From IMG/VR virus record IMGVR_UViG_3300030330_005139: 64,000 nucleotides of DNA; one strand, written 5' to 3'. Positions 27,438-35,900 of this stretch are shown here, piece after piece; positions within the stretch are counted from its first letter, which is position 1, and each line of letters starts with the position of its first letter. The DNA comes from a virus. Its lineage: Duplodnaviria > Caudoviricetes. The translations under genes and the position numbers were made by a program. The notes beneath the pieces are model-generated. The model searched no databases, had not been told where the DNA came from, and worked only from the letters and a program-made list of their open reading frames with translations.

Positions 27438-30344
27438 ATGATGGACGATTTATTAAGACAACATTTTGTTGGCCGGGATGGATACACCTGGTGGGTAGGA
27501 CAGATTGCTCCTGAGGAGACTTGGAAGAATAACATTCCTGGACAACCAGAACCAGATAACACTTCGATTCTTGGTTTCTCTGAGAGATACCGTGTGAGAA
27601 TCATGGGTTATCACACAGACAGCACATTTGATGTTGCAGACGAGGAACTCCCCTGGGCATACATCATGTACCCAGTCACTGCTGGTGGTGGAGGTAGATC
27701 ATCTTACCAGTCATCCAACATTGCTGCTGGTAACTTCGTCATTGGTTTCTTCATTGATGGACCCAACGCACAACTCCCCATCATCCAAGGAATTATTGGT
27801 AACAATGATTACCAAGAAGTGATGAAGGAGTTGAATGGTGATAAGAGATTTGTCCCTATAACTGGCAACCAACCAGGTGAAAAGGTTTCAACTTTATTGG
27901 TAAAGGCAACTCCTGGTGCTGGAGAAACTGCTCCACAAGAAAACTCAACTGGTGCCACAACCAATAAGGATTACGTTGAGAGCACGACAGGAAATAACAC
28001 TCAGACAGATTTCCAATCTCAAGAGAGTAGGAAAAGCGGTCAAAGGGACAAACCTCTTGCTGAAACACAAGAGTGTGATCCAGCACAAACTGGCAAATTC
28101 CAACAACAGTTGCAAAACGCTCTTCGGGATATTCAAGAGCTCCAGAGGTCAATTTATGACACAAGGAGTGCATTAGCATTGGAGACATCTGACATTCAGG
28201 CAGAGATTGATGCCAAGATTGACGAGGCTTCTAAGTTGATTTCAGGAACAATCAAGAACGGAATCAATGAAGTTGAGGCAGCCATTCAGAGAGAAACCAA
28301 TGAAAAACTAAAACAGGCTTACAACAAGGTCTTCCCTAATGAGATGCCTGGCGTCATGAAGACAACAGAGAAAGTTGTAGACGCACTTGCTTGTGCATTT
28401 AGAGAACAGGTTAATGGCACAGGAGGAACAGTTGCAGATATGTTGGGATTGGCATCAAACAGAATGGTCAACGCTGACAACTGTGCTGCTGAGATTGCAA
28501 TGGGGATCTTGTATGGTATTGCTGTGGGTGGTGCCTCTAAATCACTAGGAGAAGGACTTGGTGATCTCGCTACTGATGTCGTTGATGACACCACTGGGAT
28601 TGTTGGTGACGCCGCTGGTGATATTGTTGGAACTGTTAGTGGTACAGCAGATCAAGCTCTTGGTGCCGCTGGTGACGTTGTTGGGGCTGTTGGTGATCTA
28701 ACATCGGCAATCTCAGATGTCACAAGTGGTGCTAAAAGTTTTGTCAAGGATCCTTTGTCATTCTTGGGTTGTGAAGAGGACCCTAAGTGTAACACAGTCA
28801 CAATTTACAGTCTGTGGAATGGGTCAAAAGTGAGTGGAAAACCTGGCATTTCAGGGGTGATGGACTCAATGAAAAACTCTGTTGATTCTGTAACAGGAGT
28901 TGTTGATGCAGTAACAGGCACCCCAGATGATATTGAAAGTATTTTGAATGAGACTCTGGGAGAATTTCAAAATCTCTTCAATAATCCAAACTGTGATAGT
29001 GGACCCAACAGTGCAAAAGAATGTGGACCACCAACAACCAAGTACATGAACACTGGTGGTGGTTCTGGTGCTTCTGGAAATGTCATTGTCAGTGTAGCTG
29101 GTGAGGTTCTTGGTTACGATCCCATTGATTTTGGAACTGGTTATTCAAAAAACACAACTGCTTATATTGATGACGATTGTGGAACTGGAAGTGGTGCTGT
29201 CGTTAAACCAGTCATTGAAGACTACACCTACACAGATGATGAAGGCAATGAAGTGAAAACCCAAGGTGTTGTTGACCTGATTGTTCTTGATCCTGGAGCA
29301 GATTACACACCAACACCAAATGGAAACAAAGGTGGATTTGGAAGTGTGTGGAAGTATTCAAATGAAACTCTTATCACTCATCCTGATAAAACATTTGACC
29401 CACCCATTCCTCCTGGTTATGAAGTTGAGGTGACACCTGGTGATGGAGTCGAACTCCCACCTGGAACGGAGATTGTCACTGAACCGACCTCACCTAATGA
29501 GACAACTGGTGAAACTGGTGGTGAGACAATCGTTGGTGGAGCCACTCACATCGTCCAACGTCCTGGAATATTTACAACTCCTTTCCCACTTGACAAACCA
29601 GTCGGAGAGAGTTATCCTTCAGAATCAGATGGTGCTTATCCTGTTCTTCTTTATCTTTGTGAGATCATCATTCAGGAAGCTGGTGTTGGTTATCAAACAG
29701 GAGATGAAGTTGTCATTGAACCGTCTTATGGTGCAACCGCAGTCATGGAGGCAGACAATGTTGGAAGAGTAAATAAGGTTAAAGTTACCGCAGGAGGAGA
29801 GGGTTTCAAAGAAATGCCACTGATTTATGTCAGATCGGCAACTGGTTTCAACTCTGTCTTAAGTGCCAAGTTCTGTGTCAGACAGGTTGGCAAGGATGAG
29901 ATGTTCGAACCAGAAACTCAGGAAAAAGTGGTCACAGTCGTTAACTGTGTTGGAGCAAGACCAGTTGGATATGTAAATGGGAAACCATATTATGGTCCAT
30001 TCCACACACATAATGGCAGAAAGATGGTGGGAGCGGTACACACCTCCACTCCTCATGACTTTATTGATGATGTCCCCATCGTCCGAACACCTCTCCCCGA
30101 GGTTGAGGTTAGAAGTTCATCAACAACATCCACACCAGCGTCAACGTCAACAACACCGACACCGACACCCACTTCAACTCCAGTCCAAGCTCCGGTCCCA
30201 ACACCCACTCCAACACCTGCCCCGAGCCCAGCACCTGCCCCGAGCCCAGCACCTGCTCCGAGTCCAACTCCGAGCCCTGCTCCATCACCAAGTCCAAGTC
30301 CAAGTCCATCACCAGGTGGTGGAGGAGGATATGGAGGTTATTGA
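27438..30344 (+). CDS. gp5: Baseplate hub/spike gp5-like protein with Pro-rich tail
   Basis: WWVGQI, RYRVRIMGYH, LPWA, GFFIDG OB-fold motifs. Confidence 0.8.
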   Translation: MMDDLLRQHFVGRDGYTWWVGQIAPEETWKNNIPGQPEPDNTSILGFSERYRVRIMGYHTDSTFDVADEELPWAYIMYPVTAGGGGRSSYQSSNIAAGNFVIGFFIDGPNAQLPIIQGIIGNNDYQEVMKELNGDKRFVPITGNQPGEKVSTLLVKATPGAGETAPQENSTGATTNKDYVESTTGNNTQTDFQSQESRKSGQRDKPLAETQECDPAQTGKFQQQLQNALRDIQELQRSIYDTRSALALETSDIQAEIDAKIDEASKLISGTIKNGINEVEAAIQRETNEKLKQAYNKVFPNEMPGVMKTTEKVVDALACAFREQVNGTGGTVADMLGLASNRMVNADNCAAEIAMGILYGIAVGGASKSLGEGLGDLATDVVDDTTGIVGDAAGDIVGTVSGTADQALGAAGDVVGAVGDLTSAISDVTSGAKSFVKDPLSFLGCEEDPKCNTVTIYSLWNGSKVSGKPGISGVMDSMKNSVDSVTGVVDAVTGTPDDIESILNETLGEFQNLFNNPNCDSGPNSAKECGPPTTKYMNTGGGSGASGNVIVSVAGEVLGYDPIDFGTGYSKNTTAYIDDDCGTGSGAVVKPVIEDYTYTDDEGNEVKTQGVVDLIVLDPGADYTPTPNGNKGGFGSVWKYSNETLITHPDKTFDPPIPPGYEVEVTPGDGVELPPGTEIVTEPTSPNETTGETGGETIVGGATHIVQRPGIFTTPFPLDKPVGESYPSESDGAYPVLLYLCEIIIQEAGVGYQTGDEVVIEPSYGATAVMEADNVGRVNKVKVTAGGEGFKEMPLIYVRSATGFNSVLSAKFCVRQVGKDEMFEPETQEKVVTVVNCVGARPVGYVNGKPYYGPFHTHNGRKMVGAVHTSTPHDFIDDVPIVRTPLPEVEVRSSSTTSTPASTSTTPTPTPTSTPVQAPVPTPTPTPAPSPAPAPSPAPAPSPTPSPAPSPSPSPSPSPGGGGGYGGY
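30200..30315 (+). repeat. Coding tandem repeats (PAPSPA/PS)
   Basis: cctgccccgagcccagca x2 plus variants; ccaagt repeats. Confidence 0.8.
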
Positions 30345-30375
30345 CAAATGACAGAACAACTAAGGAGAACGACAA

Positions 30376-30960
30376 GTGGCTGAAAGAAAGAATTGGCACC
30401 AGGTTAGATATGGCACCGCTGAAGGTGAAATAAAGTTTGGTCATCTTCATGATGACAATGAACAGTCTGCTTTCATTGCGAGGAATGGTAGATCAAAGAA
30501 CCATTACATAACACTTGATCAAACTGGTGGACCAAACAGAAAACATGGAACCATCTGTAGGTCTCCTGGGTCATTCCAAGTTGAGGCAGGATCTGCTGTT
30601 CCAGTAGACACTCCTGGCATTGTATTTGATGCCGAAAATGGAGACATTGTGATAAAGGCACCGAATGGAAGAATTCGGATGGAAGCCATCAACGTTGACA
30701 TTCTTGCCATTGGTGGTGATGGTAACAATGGAAACATTCAGATTGAGGCAAATGAAAAGGTTCTTGTAAAGACCAAAGCATTTGATGTTCAATCAAAAGT
30801 CTCAACCAAGATTTTCTCGGAGAAGACAGTTGATGTTATTGGAAACTCAATCTGTAATCTTTATGGTGGAATTCTTGATTGTGCTGATGGATCCACAAAG
30901 GTCATTGGATCCAAAACACCATCAACAAATGAAGAACAAAACAGAGCGAGGACAGCATGA
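30376..30960 (+). CDS. Spike/beta-helix-like baseplate protein
   Basis: AENGDIVIKAPNGRIRMEA beta-repeat pattern downstream of gp5. Confidence 0.5.
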   Translation: MAERKNWHQVRYGTAEGEIKFGHLHDDNEQSAFIARNGRSKNHYITLDQTGGPNRKHGTICRSPGSFQVEAGSAVPVDTPGIVFDAENGDIVIKAPNGRIRMEAINVDILAIGGDGNNGNIQIEANEKVLVKTKAFDVQSKVSTKIFSEKTVDVIGNSICNLYGGILDCADGSTKVIGSKTPSTNEEQNRARTA

Positions 30961-31763
30961 AGGTACCTGATTTATATGTTGGTAAACAGTTATTTGTTGG
31001 TCTTGGTAAGGCCACTGCACTTGGAGTGGGAGACGCTGCAATTCGTGGATCTGCTTACCTTGAAGGTCCAACACTAACTGGATCCCCAGTGTTTCCCAAT
31101 GTTTGGGCGACATCAATGATTGGACCCACTGCAAACAGTGAGTCTCCAGTGCCATTCATTCCTGGGTCCCTTTGTTACTCAGGTAAAGCCCCTTGGCCCG
31201 ATTGCCCTGCAAATCCATTTTCTCTTGCTGTTATTGGACCAGCAGCATTTATGGGTCCAGTTAACACTAATCATGATGTGGTTGTTGGTATCGATCTTCT
31301 TGCACAGGGTGAAGTCAAATCCAATTGTGGTGGACATGTTCTTTCAAACAAGAAAGACTTTGACATTCCTCACCCAACAAAAGAAGGGTGGAGACTGAGA
31401 CACACCTGTCCAGAAGCACCTTATAATGATGTTTATGTGAGAGGGAGACTGAAAAACAGTGACACCATTCTTCTTCCAGAATATTGGACTGAGTTTGTTG
31501 ATAAGCAATCAATCACAGTAAACATCACTCCTGTTGGTGCTCCTCAATCAATCTATGTAAAGAGAATTGAGGGAAATAAGATTATTTTGTCTTCACAAGG
31601 TGCAATTCCAATCAACTGTCATTATCATGTGTTTGGTGACAGAAAGGATGGAGACAGGTTGATTCCTGAATATGAAGGAGAATCTCCAGCAGATTATCCT
31701 GGAAACAATGACGAATATTCAATTCTTGGTTATCATTATGACATCAGAGAGGAAAGAAAATGA
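30957..31763 (+). CDS. Structural protein with FDIPHP...YVRG domain
   Basis: Paralogous to the next gene. Confidence 0.6.
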   Translation: MKVPDLYVGKQLFVGLGKATALGVGDAAIRGSAYLEGPTLTGSPVFPNVWATSMIGPTANSESPVPFIPGSLCYSGKAPWPDCPANPFSLAVIGPAAFMGPVNTNHDVVVGIDLLAQGEVKSNCGGHVLSNKKDFDIPHPTKEGWRLRHTCPEAPYNDVYVRGRLKNSDTILLPEYWTEFVDKQSITVNITPVGAPQSIYVKRIEGNKIILSSQGAIPINCHYHVFGDRKDGDRLIPEYEGESPADYPGNNDEYSILGYHYDIREERK

Positions 31764-32401
31764 GTGAAACACCGGGCTATTCAGAAGCATTTATTCCTGG
31801 GAATACAGGTTCAGACAGTTGCTCTGATGATCAAGTTTGGGGAGACCCATCAACAGTCTATTCTTACATCCTGAAACCCAGGATGAAACCAGAAGATGAG
31901 TGGGATGCTCAATGTGACCCACTTTATCACAAGACAGCAAAGATTGACAGTCTTAGAATCAACACTGACATTCAGGGTCCTGGTGGAAGTGGAGCATTTG
32001 CAGTAACTTCTTCTACTGTTGCTTTTTCTGGAGCTGTAACTGCAACGACTGTCACTTGTGGTGGAGCAAAGTGTTTCAACATTCCACACCCAACCAAGGA
32101 GAACAAAAGACTTGTTCATGCTTGCATTGAGGGTCCAGAGACTGCAGTTTATGTTCGTGGTCGTCTGACAGACAATAGTGTTATTGAACTTCCAGATTAT
32201 TGGAAAGGTCTTGTTGATCCAGACTCCATCACTGTCTCCCTGACACAGATTGGTTCCTCACAGGATTTGATTGTTGAGGGGGTTGATTGGGGAAACAAGG
32301 TTAGAGTTCGTTCTGGGAATGCTTCTCGAATTGATTGTTATTATAACGTTACAGCAACTCGGATTGACCTGGCACCACTGGAAGTGGAACAGGACGCTTG
32401 A
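31760..32401 (+). CDS. Structural protein with FNIPHP...YVRG domain
   Basis: LVHACIEGPE.AVYVRGRL, LPDYW. Confidence 0.6.
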   Translation: MSETPGYSEAFIPGNTGSDSCSDDQVWGDPSTVYSYILKPRMKPEDEWDAQCDPLYHKTAKIDSLRINTDIQGPGGSGAFAVTSSTVAFSGAVTATTVTCGGAKCFNIPHPTKENKRLVHACIEGPETAVYVRGRLTDNSVIELPDYWKGLVDPDSITVSLTQIGSSQDLIVEGVDWGNKVRVRSGNASRIDCYYNVTATRIDLAPLEVEQDA

Positions 32402-32450
32402 CAGATTGGATGGGATGGGTTTATGATGTAACCATCCCACAAGAGGTTCT

Positions 32451-32687
32451 ATGAACAGTGATGATCTTTACGATCGTTGTAACGAAGATCCTGAATACCT
32501 TGATAATGTTCTTGTTGACATTTGTTCCAGATCTATCATCTTGTTCTCCAATCATGGTAACCAAACTGATGTAACATGTGAGACTCCCAAACAGTTTATC
32601 GAAACACTCACTGCAATTAGAGACAATGTTGACGAAGAGGACATTTATTTCAAGAAGCCCAAGGTAACAAACACAAGCGAGGTTTAG
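32451..32687 (+). CDS. Hypothetical protein
   Basis: ORF after TTGACA-18-TATGAT (32398). Confidence 0.65.
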   Translation: MNSDDLYDRCNEDPEYLDNVLVDICSRSIILFSNHGNQTDVTCETPKQFIETLTAIRDNVDEEDIYFKKPKVTNTSEV

Positions 32688-32689
32688 TT

Positions 32690-32854
32690 TTGAAAATAAA
32701 CATCTGGTATTCAAGTCACGCCACTCAATGGAGATGGGTTCTCACTGATGAAAACAACCACCAAGAAAGTGGTGGTCAGGAGGATCTTAGAGTTGCAATG
32801 AATGACATTGCTAACACCATCGAGTGGTTGGCAAAGACTAAATTACCAGAATAA
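32690..32854 (+). CDS. Hypothetical protein (54 aa, TTG start)
   Basis: Translated by hand: KINIWYS..QWRW...ESG...AMND. Confidence 0.55.
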   Translation: MKINIWYSSHATQWRWVLTDENNHQESGGQEDLRVAMNDIANTIEWLAKTKLPE

Positions 32855-32897
32855 ATAACCTCGTGTGAAGGAAGGCCGCGTCACTATCTGTGCGTGG

Positions 32898-32924
32898 AAA
32901 GGACACCTTAGGGTGTCCTTTTTT
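32898..32924 (+). terminator. Intrinsic terminator
   Basis: AAAGGACACC-ttag-GGTGTCCTTT then T-run. Confidence 0.8.
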
Positions 32925-32965
32925 GTGTTCTAAATAAGTTATAACAGAATTAGTGCGCCGGTAAG

Positions 32966-35900
32966 ATGCCCCTATCTCGATTAGATAACTTCCTCAAAAA
33001 CGTAAGAGGTAACGTAATCTACGTTGCAGGAAATGACCTGGATGCAACAGACGATATTGCCAATCAAGGCAATTCTAGGTCAAGACCCTTCCTGACAATT
33101 CAAAGAGCACTTCTTGAAGCGGTCAGGTTCTCTTATCAGATTGGTCTAAACAACGACAGGTTTGAATACACAACCATCGTCGTTGAACCTGGAGTTTATT
33201 ATGTTGATAATAGACCTGGTTGGATTCCCGATGGCGAAAACTTCAGACTCAGAAGTGGTGAAGTTACTGCCACTTACGAGGAGATGAATGCAAGGACAAA
33301 CTTTAACCTGCAGGATCCCAACAACAGACTTTATACTATTAATAGTATCTACGGCGGTGTTATTGTTCCCCGTGGATGTAGTATTGTAAGTGTTGATGCG
33401 GATAAGACTCAGATCAGACCCCTTTATATTCCGAGCTCGACGAACGAAAATATTGATCCAACAACGATCTTTAGAATCACAAGTGGAAGTTCTATTGACA
33501 GTTTGACATTCTTTGATGGTGACCCAACAAGCACTGTTTATACTGATTATACAACCACCAGAGTCAATCCTGACTATTCTCACCACAAACTGTCATCCAT
33601 TGAATATGTGGATGGTGTAAATGATGTGGACATTAAAGATGAATTTATTGATTATTCTACAAATCGTACAGATTTGCAGATGTATTATGAGAAGATTTCC
33701 ATTCTTTATGGTCAGAGTTCCAACAGACCTATCACCCCCACTTATCCTGCAGATGGTGTTGACCTCCAACCCCTCAGTAATGAATTTGAGATCATCTCTG
33801 TAAGTGAAATTTCAGAAACTGGAATTAGTAGCATCAAAGCCGGTGACGGTACAACTGCAACAATCACAATTACTGTTGATCTTGAAGATCCAATTGATGG
33901 AATTGAGATCAATGACCTCATCGAGATTGATGGAGTTTCCGATTCCCGTTACAACGGCAGATTTGTTGTTGACACTGTTCTTGCTCAGAATGATTTTGGT
34001 GTAACTCGATTCACTTATAAGACTCTTGTTGCTCCTGATAATGCTCTCCCAACGCCTTCTGGTTCATTCTTTACATTATCTGTTGACACAATCAATTCCC
34101 CAATTCCTAAGATTTCTAAAGTTTGTGTCAAGTCATCTTATGGTCTCTCTGGTCTGTTCTTTGATGGAGATAAGATTGGTGGAACAAAACAAACAACGGT
34201 AATTGGTTTTGATTATGAATCTTTCCAGAATGATAACAATGCTTTCATTCGTTATAACAGTTCAAGTGGAACATTTGACGATTCAACCTCTGTGAGTAAT
34301 CTTCACAGTGATTCTTCTGCAAAGTTTAAACCTGATTTTTATAATTACGGAGTCAAAGCAACAAATGATGTTGAGATTGAACTCGACAGTTGTGCCTTCA
34401 CTGGTGCTTACCAACACATTTGTTCAGAGAATGGAGCGAGAGTCTTCTCCAGATCTGCGACCTCTAATTTTGGACAGAGTTCCATGTGCTCAAGAGGATT
34501 TACTGACTCCTCCACAACAAGAGAAGACACTGGTTATATCTCCCACATCATCTCCCCAAAATCAAACCTCAACGACCCCATCAAGCTTGAGTGGGATCAG
34601 ATTGATGTTGAGAGAACTGCTGGAATTGGTTCCACATCCAGACTTTATCTTTACAATGAGACGAACAAGTCCAATCCACCTAAGTCAACACTTCAGGGTT
34701 ATCACATTGGTGCAGCGGATAATGATCAGTTGAGGGTCAGAATTCATGAGTCAGATTATCACGCTGACATTGTGATGCCTCCAACTGAGAAGGATGCAAT
34801 CAAGATCACTGGAACAAAGCGTTACAATGTTGGTAGAAATGTCTCAACAGGAAACAGCATTACCTCAAACACTCTGACACTCACTAGCAATCATTCACTT
34901 CTGAATGGTGAGACAATCAGAGTTATCAGTGATAATGCCAGACTTCCCGATGGTCTTGACTCTGGTTCGATTTATTACTCAATCACATCTGGTGTGAGTG
35001 CCGACCAACTAAAAATTGCAAAAACTTATAATGACGCAGTTCTTGGTGAAGCACTCACAATCAATAACTTGGGTGGAACACTGAGCGTTGAGAGTCGTGT
35101 TTCCGATAAGGATCCTGGAGATCTTGGACACCCAGTTCAGTTTGATGACTCTGTTAATCAGTGGTTCATTACAGTTGCAGAAAGTGCAACCGATAACACA
35201 ATTTACCACGTTGTTGTTGGTCTTGGAACTGCTACTCTTGGTGAAACCACGTCTTCAACTCTGTTTGAGAGAACTCCTGACACAAGGTCACTGACTGACA
35301 GGATTTATCGTTATCGTTATGTCATTCCTGTTTCTTCTGGAATCTCTTCGGCAAAAGTTCCTTATAACGGACAAGTCATCCAATCGTCCTCCGATGTGAG
35401 TGGTGCAACTAACGACGAGGTTGCTCTTCTTTACAGCCCCAGTGGTGTCTCGATGACCAACGCTGGTGAACTAAGAAACCCAAGTTACATCAAACAGACA
35501 ACTTACAGTGGAACCACTGCCTCTTACTTCACTGAGAGGAGACACAATCTTGCAGTGGGTAACATGGTTAAGATTGATAATGTCACCAGCTCCATCAACC
35601 CCACTGGTGTTGGTAACTCTGGTTACAATGGAGAGTTTACTGTTACTGGAATCACCAGTGCAACTGGTTTCACTGTCACTCTTGCGGATAACCCTGGAAC
35701 ATTCAGTAACAACACCTCTTCAAGAACAACAAGTCTCCCCACCTTCTCTCGTAACGAAGGTAATCACGATTTTTACATTTACAACACAGAAACCATTCAG
35801 GACTTCATTCCTGGATCGAGAGATGGAATTTATTATTTGACCGTTCTTAAGTCGTCAAACACTCCCACAGTTTCTCCATTCAATGATGAAGATCAGTTCG

